In this document: piece by piece, positions 21,710 to 31,081 of the stretch
Layout of the letters: each line of letters starts with the position of its first letter
Position numbering within the stretch: the first letter of the stretch is position 1
Assembly (NCBI GenBank): GCA_016712315.1
Contig: JADJRG010000022.1
Span: 994,522 to 1,058,521 of the forward strand
Length of the DNA stretch: 64,000 nt
Source of the DNA: Nannocystis sp.
GTDB taxonomy: Bacteria; Myxococcota_A; Polyangia; Nannocystales; Nannocystaceae
Direction of reading: 5' to 3'
The notes under the pieces: generated by a model
The model's database searches: none
Seen by the model: the letters and a program-made list of their open reading frames with translations, nothing else
Told to the model about the DNA's origin: nothing
Translations under genes and position numbers: made by a program

Positions 21710-24700
21710 ATGTCACTTTCGCTCTACGGTCAAGTCACCGACATTCAAACCAGCGACGCCGTCGAGAATGCAACGGTCACGCTGGTGGATCCCATCACCG
21801 ACACGATCCTCCATATAACCACTACGTCGGTCGGTGCGGCCGTCCCCGGGGGCTATTTCACCTTTGAGGTGACCTTCCAGCAGATGCTCGAGATCATGGG
21901 GGGTAATCACCACCGAACAGTGACGTTTAAGGTGTATGATGGTGTCGTATTCCTGGGGTGCCAAGATAAACTCATCAGCGCCTTGACCTTCCGCGGGACG
22001 GAGACCATCGAGGTAGAAGTAGACTCCTCGTACACCCCACCCGAGGGCAACTTCCTCTACAATGTCGCCGGCAAGGTCGTAGAGGTCGACGGAACACCGA
22101 TCGCGGGTGTTGACGTCAAGGTCTACCACAAGAAGATGGCGACGGAGACGCTCCTCGAGACCGAACAGACCGCATCTGACGGCCGTTTCCTAGTGCGTTA
22201 TGAAGGACCGCCCGGAGCGCACCCAGATCAGGCTTCCATTGACATTATTGTCCGGTGCTATGATGACGAGGAGCTCGTTGCGAGCTCAGAGAAGATCACC
22301 AATCCTCGCTGGGATCTAAGTCTCATCCTGGTGAGGGATAATGAGACTTTGCGAGGAAAACCCTCGATTGTCTCCTATATGGACGCCTTGGATCCACTCC
22401 TCGATGGCGTTGCGTATCATGAACTCGACGCGGACCAGGTCGGCTACCTCTCGGCGAAGACCGGCTTTGACGCGGGTTTGATCGCGACGATCGCTCGCGC
22501 GCACCGACTGTCAGAAGCGCTCGCCATCGACGCCGAGGCGTTCTATGGGATCGCTCATGCTGGTTTTCCCCTCTCGACAAACGCTGTCGTGAGCCTGGAC
22601 GCCGAGACGGTCACATCCGCCCTCATGAGAGCAATCGCTGATAACGCGATCTCCTCGTCGGTGGAGGCTGATATTACCAGCATTACGAGCGCCTTAGCAG
22701 CGGCTCGCCTCGATCACGCGGTTCCGGCGTCGGATCCACAGACGACCACGCTTGGATCGGTCCTGACGGCCGCTTCCTTGACGAGCGGCCTGCCTCGCTC
22801 CTTCGCCGAGGCTTATTTGTCCCACATAGGCACGATTGAGGAGTTTTGGGAGGACCTGCGCGCCGACACTGAGAACTTCGGCGACGCCGTCGTCGACACG
22901 ATTCAGTTCACATTGCAGGTCGGCACCCTCACGGCCTCGCATGCGCCCCTCGTCAAGCTCCTAAGCCAGATGCGCGTGAGCGACGACTTCAGTGTTGCGG
23001 CGGAGCTCGCCCAGTACGACGACCAGGACTGGATCGACCTCCTCGATGAGGAGGTGGACAGTAGCCCGGTGAGCACGCCGGCAGGCATCCCCGGCGCCGA
23101 CGAGACGGAGCGGCGCGCCAATTATGGCCGCGCCATCTCCCGCATGGTCGAAGACCTGTACCCGTCGGCACACGTCGCCTACCACCTTCCAGGGGGTGCC
23201 GCCACCTCGGACGTCGCGGGCTTCGTGATCCAAAACCCGGGCTTCAGCTTCGCGCGCACTTCCATCGATGACTTCCTCGAGACCGCCGAGGGTCTCCCGC
23301 CCGAGCCCGAGGACCTGGACGCGCTCCGGCAGGATCTTCTGAAGATCCAGCGCGTCTTTAACATCGCGCCCCGCTTCGGACGAACGTCGGCCGTCGGCGC
23401 CCTCCTGGAGGGCGGCATCGTCTCGGCCCGACAGATCCGGATGATGGGGCTCGCGTCGTTCAAGGCGATCTATGCGTCCGCGCTCGGCGGCGAAGATGTC
23501 GCCGCGAGCATCTACGACAAGGCGGACAAGGTGGCGTCGACCACTCTGGCCGCCTTCACACAGATGCGGAAGGAGTTCGTCTTTCCGTCGACCAACGTGA
23601 TCACCACGCCCGGTTGCGGCGATCCCGACCTTGCGGCGATCTTCGGCAGCCTCGACTACTGCGCGTGCCGCCACTGCGACTCCGTTCATGGCGCAGCCGC
23701 CTACTTCGTCGAGATCATGAATTTCCTACGGCCGGGAGGGGACGAGACGGTCCTCAACAAGCTGATTGCTAGGCGCCCAGAGCTGATGCACGTCAAGCTT
23801 AACTGCGAGAACGCCGACACCCCGCTACCGGCGATTGACCTGGTGAACGAGGTCCTCGAGCGCGCCGTCCTCCAGCACCACTCGGAAGATCCGCACACGA
23901 ACCCGGCGACCTGGCCGCAGACGACTTGGAGCGGACCGGACCTCCTCGCGCACCCGGAGAAGATCTACACCGACGTCTACGACACCTTCCTGAGCGATGA
24001 CGAGGGGGCCTGCTTCCCGTGGATCCTTCCCTTTGATCTGGGGCTCTCAGAGGCGAGGATCTACCTGACGCACCTCGGCGTCAGCCGTATCGCTCTCCAG
24101 GACGCGTTCGAGTGGTTCGACGGCCTCGGCGAGGACGAGATCTACCGGATCGACGAGCGCCTCGGCCTCTCGCCGTCGCAGGGGTCGATCGTCCGGCGCA
24201 CCAACGAGGCGATCGATCTCTGGCACCTCTGGGGCTTCGCGTCGGCGGGCACGTGGATCGACCAGATCAACCGCGTTGAGACCTTCCTCGAGCGGAGTGA
24301 ACTCAGCTTTGAGGGGCTTCAGGCGCTCCTCCGGACCGATCTACTGAGCGACGTCAAGATCGTATATGACGAGCCCTGCACGCTCAAGGACGCGGAGCTT
24401 CGGCTCATCGCCGATCCCGAGGAGCCGGGCCTGGACACGACCAAGCTCGAGAAATTGGTCACCGTCTTCCGGGTCGGTCGCGCCCTCGGCTGGTCGAACT
24501 TCGAGGTCGACATGGTGATGCGGGGGCTCGGCCTAACCTTCGCCCAGCCGGTCGACGAGGAGCTCGAGGTCCTGGCGCACTTCGTCCGCGTCCGTCGTCA
24601 GTACCCCCGTCTACCGCTCGCCGAAGTCCTCTCGTGGTGGGCACCCCTCGACACGCGTGCGCCAGCGGAGGGGGTATTCTCGTTCTACGAGGAGGTCGTC

Positions 24701-27700
24701 CGCCCAAACACGCGCGAGCCGGAGTTCCGCGTCGGTCAGATCGACGCGAACGAGCTCAAGCTCGTCGACGTCAAGGGCTCGCTGCTCGGCATCCTCCAGG
24801 TCGACGAAGCGAGCCTCGGCGCAGCGATGGCCGCCACCGGCCTCACCGACGGGTCGTCGCTCAACCGGGCGAACCTCTCCAAGCTCTACCGCGTGGCCTC
24901 GCTCGCCCGTGCGACCTCGCTACGGGTCCCCGACCTCGTGACGCTGGTGAACTACCGTGAGGCCCTCAAGGAGGGGAGCCCGGGGCCGTTCGACGGGGCT
25001 CCTGATGCCCCCGTGCGGGATCTCCTCGCGGTCGCAGCGGATGTCAGAACCTCGGGTCTCACCGCCGCCGCCCTCGATTTCGTTCTCCGCGACCAGGCTT
25101 CCGAACGCTTCGGCGCGAGCGCGGCGGACGTCACCCGGGCGCTCCTCGACGTGATCACGGCGCAGCAGGCCTCGGACGCCGACCACGAGGCCCACCTGCC
25201 GCCCGCAGACCTACCGGCACGTGAGCGCCTGGCCGAGCTCCTCGCCCGTCTCTACGCGGACGAGGAGCTCGAGAGCGCGCTCGGCCTCATCGACACGAAG
25301 ATCCCCCTGGACGCGACGGGGCCGCAGGCCGTGGCCGCGAGGGACGCTCTCTTCGGCTTCCTGACGATCGATGGCGCGGCTTACGTCGAGCTTGGGAAGG
25401 CCTTCGATGAGGCCGCAGCCCCCGACGCCCGCGCGGTGCTCGCCGTCCCTGAGCTCTCCGAGCACCTCCGACGTCTAGCTCGGGATCGCGCAGCCGTCCG
25501 CACAATCTCGACCTCGCTCGATCTCGAACCGGCGGACGCGAGCGCGCTGCTCGAGAGCTACGTCCATGACCCGCTCGAGGAGCTCGATCCGTCGCGGCCG
25601 GCGCTCGACGTGCTCACCGATGATGGGCTTGTCGCCGCGTTTAACCCGATCGACGACGCAGAGCTCTTAAAGAGCGAGTCCTTCCCCAAGGTCTTCCTCG
25701 AGCGCGAAGGGCTCCCGGAGCCGGCGCGGCTCTACCGGGCGCTGACGAAGGTCGCGCTCGTGATCCGCACCCTCCGCTTCTCGCCCGGTCTCCTTCGCTG
25801 GCTCCTCGCGGTCGCTCCTGAGGCGTCCGTGGAGATTCTTGACCTCACTCAGCTCCCGGCCGCGGGCGCCGCTGACAGCCTCGTCTATGCGGCCTACACG
25901 GGCTGGGGCTGGTTGCGGCGCGCCATCGATCTCCGCGATCGGGTGCTCGGCGCGCCCGAGGACCTCGTAGACCTCCTGGGGCTCATCTTCGCCGAGACCT
26001 TCGTCAAGGCTACGACGCTCTCGTCACTCGCGAATTCGGCCGGCTGGGACATCACAATGCTCTCGACCTTCGAGACGCACCTGGATCTCTCCCAGGAGGA
26101 CTTTCAAACGCTGGAAGGCCCTCTGGCGCTCGCGGACGCACTCGCGGTGTCGAAACGCGTCGGCGTGGATCCGGCGACGCTCCACACGTGGGCGACGACG
26201 GTGGCGACGACGGCGCAGGCCGCCGAGATCAAGGGGGCAGCGCAGGCCAAGTACAGTCCAGCGGCGTGGCCGAGCGTGGCCGAGCCCCTCCGCGATCGTC
26301 TGCGCGAGCAACAGCGCGACGCCCTGGCCCAGTACCTCGTCCCTCGCCTCTCGGGCGTGGGCGACCGCGACGATCTCCTGGCCCACTTCCTGATGGACCC
26401 GGAGGTCAGCGCCTGCGGCAAAACCTCGCGGCTGCTCTTCGCCACCTCGGCGGTGCAACTCTTTATCCAGCGCGCCCTCATGGGCCACGAAGATGACGTC
26501 GTTTTGAGCGACGAGCACTCCGAGGAGTGGGTCTGGATGAAGCGCTACCGGGTGTGGGAGGCCAACCGTAAGATCTTCCTTTACCCCGAAAACTGGGTAC
26601 TGCCGGAGCTCCGCGACGATAAGTCCCCGTTATTCCGCAAGCTCGAGGAAGAGATATCCCAGGCCGACGCCACTGAGGAGAGCGTCGAGAACGCCTACAT
26701 CCGCTATCTCGAGGGCCTCCATGAGATCGCGCGTCTTGAGATCTGCGGCACGTATCACGAGGTCGAGCGCACGAGCAAGGGCGAGGTCGTCGTGGATCGC
26801 CTCCACGTCTTCGGGCGGACGCACGACGATCCGTCCAAAGTTTTCTATCGTCAGCGTATCGACGACGCTTACTGGACCCCGTGGGAGGAGGTCCCCTTCC
26901 AGATCGAGGCGCGCGGGGTCCTCCCCATCATGGTCAACCGGCGCCTGATGCTGATCTGGCCGAAGTTCGGCATGCGGCCAACGGATACCAAGAAACAGCC
27001 CAATACGGGCACATCAGAGCGTTTCGTCGAGATCAGCCTGATGTGGAGTGAGCGTCAAAAGGATGGATGGAGTGGCGTCAAGACGTCGCGTGACGTGACG
27101 CTCGATTGGTCCGATGTGATCTCAGGCCTGGGCGAGGCGAACAGTCGTAACATCTTCTCCAAGTACTACTTGGCCAGCGAGATCGGGAGTGGCGGCGAGA
27201 TCGTCGTGAGGACGGCCCGTCTCGTTCATGAGACCAATCCACCCACCTTCTATTACCCTCGTCCATTTATCTACGACTCTCTGCACGATACATTCATTCT
27301 GATCAATGAGTCAATTATGGATCAACCAGCGCTCAACGAGGACGGGCTTACGGGCGATGCGCCGACCCCGTACGACTTGACCATCCGCCACCAAGCGTTC
27401 ACAGCAAAATCAGTCCCTGGAGGGCTCAAACTCCCGATCCGTAACTCTGTCGACTGGCAGCTCGACTGGTCACCGAAGATCATCAACACGCCCTCGCGAG
27501 TGGCGGTGACCTTTCCGCGGCAGACTCGTGGTATGGATAGCCACCAGCCCTTCACCTACGAGGATGACTCGGTGGGCCTCTACCTGAGGCGCGTTGATCC
27601 ACCGACGGCGATGCCGACCCCCGATATCCCGCGAAACGGAGTCGATCCTACGACAGCGGGTGACACCTCATTCGTCCCCTACGTCGGGCTCGTCGTCGGC

Positions 27701-30700
27701 GCAGCGGAGAGCCAGGCTCTGACGCCGATACCCGTCAACCAGATCCTCGCTGGCGGCGCGGCCGCGGCGAACGCCCACTCCTGGGTGAAGGGCTTCAAGG
27801 CCAACGTGGGCCCCAAATTCAGGGTCTCGGCGCTCTACCACCCGCATGCAGCCTTCTTCATCGAGCAGGTCCGCAAGTACGGCGTCGACGGTCTCCTGGC
27901 GCCCGTAGGGAATGATCTGGTCTTCCAAGACCTCAACGACCACATCGATCAAGTATACGTACCGACGCCGAACGAGTGCGTTGTAAAACCCTACCCGACG
28001 GGCGACATCGACTTTCTCTTCGGGGGTTCGTATAGCGTCTACAACTGGGAGCTTTTCTTCCACGCCCCGATGTATATCGCCGACCGGTTGATGGCCGAGC
28101 GGCGCTTCGCCGAGGCCCAGCGGTGGCTCCACTACATCTTCAACCCCACGAGGACACCGTCGCTCGTCGCCGAGAGCGACTGCAAATATTACTGGAGGAT
28201 TAAGCCCTTCCGTGTGGCGGCAGCGCACATGTCGATCGACGAACTCTTGGAGCTCCTCCACTATGAGGGCGACGACGCGTTCAAAATCGCACGACGCGAG
28301 GACCTCGAGGCCCAGATCGACGCGTCCCGCACCGATCCCTTCCGCCCGCACTTGATCGCGCGGATGCGGCCCACCGCGTATATGCGCGCGGTCGTGATGA
28401 AATACCTCGACAACCTTATCGCCTGGGGCGATGATCTATTTCGCCAGGACACCCTCGAGAGTAACAACGAGGCGCTCCTGTACTACGACCTCGCCTTACA
28501 GATCCTCGGGAAGCGCCCCCGCAAGCTCGACGCCCGCGAGCGCCCTGACCGCACCTTCTTCGAGGCTTGCGCGGAGAACGACGGCTTCATCGACGACTTC
28601 TCGAACTTCATGGTGCAGCTCGAGAACAAGGTCCTCGGCGTTAAGGGCGGGGTGGTGAAGCAAGCGCTCGTTCTCGACTTCAAGGCTCAAGACAATCAAC
28701 AGAAGGTGACGCCTGGTGTGTACCAGTTCGCCTACATCGCTCCAGAGAAGAGTCAGACTCTCAACGAGCAAGCCAAAAAAGATCCGCCGAAGCCCCCTTT
28801 CATGAGCGTGTATCCGTTTACGGCCGGGGCGCCTGACGCCGATCCGGTCAGATCGGAGCTTTACTTCTGCGTCCCCCCGAACGGGAAGCTCCTCGGGTAC
28901 TGGGACATCGTCGCCGACCGCTTCTTCAAGCTGCGCCACTGCCTCAACCTCGATGGCGTCCGCCGCGAGCTCCCGCTCTACCAGCCGCCGATCGACCCCG
29001 CTCTGCTGGCGAAGGCCGCCGCTCAGGGGATCGACATCGGTACGGCGATCAGCAACCTGGGAGCTCCACTCCCACACTACCGCTTCTCGATCCACCTCGG
29101 GATCGCCAAGGAGTTCGGGAGCCAGGTGAGCGCGCTCGGAGGAGCGCTGCTCCAAGCGCTAGAGAAGCGTGACGCCGAAGCGCTGGCGCTCCTGCGCGCT
29201 GGCCAAGAGCTGAAGATGATGAGCTCGGTGCGCAAGATCCGGGAGACCGCCCTCGACGAGTCGACGGAGAACATCGCCGCCCTGCGCGCCGGTCGGCACA
29301 TCGCGGAGGAGCGGCTGAAATACTACCAGAGCCGCGAGCGGATGAACGCGCTCGAGGAGGCCGAAGTCAAGCTGCAGAGGAACTCGCTCATCTTAGATGC
29401 GGTCAGCCTCGGTTGCACCGCGCTCGCCAGCATCTTGGCGTTCCTACCTCAGATCAAAGTCGGCGTCCGCGGTTTTGTCCCGAGCTTCGACGCGGAGATC
29501 GGCGGTCAGCAGCTATCGACGGCTCTTCACATGATTGGGCAGTCGACCAGCGGCGGTGCGTCGATCAATCGGGCCAGGGCCGGTATGACGCTCACACAGG
29601 CGTCGTACGACCGGCGAAAGGAGGACTGGGATTTTCAGGCCCGACTCGCGCAGAAGGATATCGCCCAGATCGACCGTCAGATCACTGCCGCCGAGATCCG
29701 CAAGGCGATCAGCGAGATCGAGCTGAAGAACCACGACCAGCAGGCGGCTGACGCCGCAGAGGTGCTGGAGACCATGCAGAGCAAGTTCACGAACACCGAG
29801 CTCTACGCGTGGATGTCCGGCGAGCTGAGCACGCTCTACTTCCAGGTGTACCAGCTCGCCGTTGATCTCGCTCGCCGGGCGGAGCGCTGCTACCGCTACG
29901 AGCTAGCGATCGACGACGGCGACGTCAGCGACTTCATCTCGTACGGCCACTGGGATAACCGCCGCAAGGGTCTCCTCGCCGGTGAGCGCCTGGCGCAGGA
30001 TCTCCGGCGCATGGAGGCGGCCTACTACGAGAAGAACCGCCGCGAGTACGAGCTCACCAAGCGCGTCTCGCTCGCGTCGCTCGATCCGGTCGCGCTCGTC
30101 GCCCTCCGCAAGACCGGCGCCTGCCACTTCTTCCTGCCCGAGGCGATCTTCGACCTCGATCACCCGAGCCACTACCTGCGCCGGATCAAGATGGTCGGGG
30201 TCTCGGTGCCAGCAGTCACCGGATCGTTCGGGAGCGTCGGTGCGACGCTGACCTACGAGTCGGGAGCGATCCGTCGCGAGCCCGACATCGAGCTAGAGCT
30301 GGCGATGATCCCTTCCGTCCAGTCGATCGCGGTGAGCACGGGTCAGGACGACGCGGGCCTCTTCGAGCCGAACCTACGCGATGAGCGCTACCTTCCCTTT
30401 GAGGGCAAAGGCCTCGTCCAGAGCTCCTGGCGCCTCTCGCTCCCGTCCAAGGTCCGCAGCTTCGACTACGAGACGATCGCCGATGTCATCTTGACGATCC
30501 GGTACACCGCTCGCGAGGGCGGTGATGCCTTCGGTAGCCTGGTCCAAGATGGCCTCCCGGCCGCGCTCGCGGGGATGGAGCGCGCCGACGGCGAGGCGGT
30601 TAAGGGCACCGGGCAGGTCCGCATCTTCTCCGCCCGCGCCGAGTTCCCGGAGGCGTGGCGGACCTTCGTCACCGCCGGGGCCGATGAAGGGGCGGCCGAG

Positions 30701-31063
30701 TTGGAGCTCGATCTGTCGGAGGAGCGCTTCCCGCACCCGCAGGAGCCCGTTGCGCGCACGATCGAGTTTGCGGCGTTCTTCGTCCGCTGGCGGCCGGGCG
30801 ACGACACGATCCCGACGCTCGAGGCCCACCTCGTCGGGGCGGAGCTGAATGGCCCCGGCGTCACCGAGGAGGGGCTCACCTTCGCCGCGTACAAGGCTGG
30901 CCAGCCAGCGTCGTACCCCGAGTACCTGTGGTTCGCTGCGACGACGCCGCTGACCAGCGAGCCAGGGACCTTCACCCTCTCGGTGACGACAGGCTGGCCA
31001 GTAGGCAAGGATCCCGACGACATCCTCGTCCTGATTCAGTACCGCGTCGGCGCGGAGCCGTGA
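21710..31063 (+). CDS. tcA: Tc toxin complex subunit A (TcA/TcdA-like), 3117 aa
   Basis: Hallmark TcA linker/pore-domain segment WEANRKIFLYPENWVLPELRDDKSP...SQADATEESVENAYIRYLEGLHEIARLEICGTYHE (cf. Photorhabdus TcdA1 LANRQVLFYPENYIDPTLR...SQSQLNADTVEDAFKTYL...YHD); size and position immediately upstream of tcB/tcC. Confidence 0.9.
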   Translation: MSLSLYGQVTDIQTSDAVENATVTLVDPITDTILHITTTSVGAAVPGGYFTFEVTFQQMLEIMGGNHHRTVTFKVYDGVVFLGCQDKLISALTFRGTETIEVEVDSSYTPPEGNFLYNVAGKVVEVDGTPIAGVDVKVYHKKMATETLLETEQTASDGRFLVRYEGPPGAHPDQASIDIIVRCYDDEELVASSEKITNPRWDLSLILVRDNETLRGKPSIVSYMDALDPLLDGVAYHELDADQVGYLSAKTGFDAGLIATIARAHRLSEALAIDAEAFYGIAHAGFPLSTNAVVSLDAETVTSALMRAIADNAISSSVEADITSITSALAAARLDHAVPASDPQTTTLGSVLTAASLTSGLPRSFAEAYLSHIGTIEEFWEDLRADTENFGDAVVDTIQFTLQVGTLTASHAPLVKLLSQMRVSDDFSVAAELAQYDDQDWIDLLDEEVDSSPVSTPAGIPGADETERRANYGRAISRMVEDLYPSAHVAYHLPGGAATSDVAGFVIQNPGFSFARTSIDDFLETAEGLPPEPEDLDALRQDLLKIQRVFNIAPRFGRTSAVGALLEGGIVSARQIRMMGLASFKAIYASALGGEDVAASIYDKADKVASTTLAAFTQMRKEFVFPSTNVITTPGCGDPDLAAIFGSLDYCACRHCDSVHGAAAYFVEIMNFLRPGGDETVLNKLIARRPELMHVKLNCENADTPLPAIDLVNEVLERAVLQHHSEDPHTNPATWPQTTWSGPDLLAHPEKIYTDVYDTFLSDDEGACFPWILPFDLGLSEARIYLTHLGVSRIALQDAFEWFDGLGEDEIYRIDERLGLSPSQGSIVRRTNEAIDLWHLWGFASAGTWIDQINRVETFLERSELSFEGLQALLRTDLLSDVKIVYDEPCTLKDAELRLIADPEEPGLDTTKLEKLVTVFRVGRALGWSNFEVDMVMRGLGLTFAQPVDEELEVLAHFVRVRRQYPRLPLAEVLSWWAPLDTRAPAEGVFSFYEEVVRPNTREPEFRVGQIDANELKLVDVKGSLLGILQVDEASLGAAMAATGLTDGSSLNRANLSKLYRVASLARATSLRVPDLVTLVNYREALKEGSPGPFDGAPDAPVRDLLAVAADVRTSGLTAAALDFVLRDQASERFGASAADVTRALLDVITAQQASDADHEAHLPPADLPARERLAELLARLYADEELESALGLIDTKIPLDATGPQAVAARDALFGFLTIDGAAYVELGKAFDEAAAPDARAVLAVPELSEHLRRLARDRAAVRTISTSLDLEPADASALLESYVHDPLEELDPSRPALDVLTDDGLVAAFNPIDDAELLKSESFPKVFLEREGLPEPARLYRALTKVALVIRTLRFSPGLLRWLLAVAPEASVEILDLTQLPAAGAADSLVYAAYTGWGWLRRAIDLRDRVLGAPEDLVDLLGLIFAETFVKATTLSSLANSAGWDITMLSTFETHLDLSQEDFQTLEGPLALADALAVSKRVGVDPATLHTWATTVATTAQAAEIKGAAQAKYSPAAWPSVAEPLRDRLREQQRDALAQYLVPRLSGVGDRDDLLAHFLMDPEVSACGKTSRLLFATSAVQLFIQRALMGHEDDVVLSDEHSEEWVWMKRYRVWEANRKIFLYPENWVLPELRDDKSPLFRKLEEEISQADATEESVENAYIRYLEGLHEIARLEICGTYHEVERTSKGEVVVDRLHVFGRTHDDPSKVFYRQRIDDAYWTPWEEVPFQIEARGVLPIMVNRRLMLIWPKFGMRPTDTKKQPNTGTSERFVEISLMWSERQKDGWSGVKTSRDVTLDWSDVISGLGEANSRNIFSKYYLASEIGSGGEIVVRTARLVHETNPPTFYYPRPFIYDSLHDTFILINESIMDQPALNEDGLTGDAPTPYDLTIRHQAFTAKSVPGGLKLPIRNSVDWQLDWSPKIINTPSRVAVTFPRQTRGMDSHQPFTYEDDSVGLYLRRVDPPTAMPTPDIPRNGVDPTTAGDTSFVPYVGLVVGAAESQALTPIPVNQILAGGAAAANAHSWVKGFKANVGPKFRVSALYHPHAAFFIEQVRKYGVDGLLAPVGNDLVFQDLNDHIDQVYVPTPNECVVKPYPTGDIDFLFGGSYSVYNWELFFHAPMYIADRLMAERRFAEAQRWLHYIFNPTRTPSLVAESDCKYYWRIKPFRVAAAHMSIDELLELLHYEGDDAFKIARREDLEAQIDASRTDPFRPHLIARMRPTAYMRAVVMKYLDNLIAWGDDLFRQDTLESNNEALLYYDLALQILGKRPRKLDARERPDRTFFEACAENDGFIDDFSNFMVQLENKVLGVKGGVVKQALVLDFKAQDNQQKVTPGVYQFAYIAPEKSQTLNEQAKKDPPKPPFMSVYPFTAGAPDADPVRSELYFCVPPNGKLLGYWDIVADRFFKLRHCLNLDGVRRELPLYQPPIDPALLAKAAAQGIDIGTAISNLGAPLPHYRFSIHLGIAKEFGSQVSALGGALLQALEKRDAEALALLRAGQELKMMSSVRKIRETALDESTENIAALRAGRHIAEERLKYYQSRERMNALEEAEVKLQRNSLILDAVSLGCTALASILAFLPQIKVGVRGFVPSFDAEIGGQQLSTALHMIGQSTSGGASINRARAGMTLTQASYDRRKEDWDFQARLAQKDIAQIDRQITAAEIRKAISEIELKNHDQQAADAAEVLETMQSKFTNTELYAWMSGELSTLYFQVYQLAVDLARRAERCYRYELAIDDGDVSDFISYGHWDNRRKGLLAGERLAQDLRRMEAAYYEKNRREYELTKRVSLASLDPVALVALRKTGACHFFLPEAIFDLDHPSHYLRRIKMVGVSVPAVTGSFGSVGATLTYESGAIRREPDIELELAMIPSVQSIAVSTGQDDAGLFEPNLRDERYLPFEGKGLVQSSWRLSLPSKVRSFDYETIADVILTIRYTAREGGDAFGSLVQDGLPAALAGMERADGEAVKGTGQVRIFSARAEFPEAWRTFVTAGADEGAAELELDLSEERFPHPQEPVARTIEFAAFFVRWRPGDDTIPTLEAHLVGAELNGPGVTEEGLTFAAYKAGQPASYPEYLWFAATTPLTSEPGTFTLSVTTGWPVGKDPDDILVLIQYRVGAEP

Positions 31064-31081
31064 GCGAAGGAGACGAAGGCG

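Noticed and set aside
22961-30466. Many minus-strand ORFs inside tcA/tcB/tcC (e.g. 22961-23689, 27668-28351, 28496-29155, 30374-31489, 32782-33909, 33949-34962, 35790-37094)
   Set aside because: Antisense shadows within very long, well-supported + strand toxin genes
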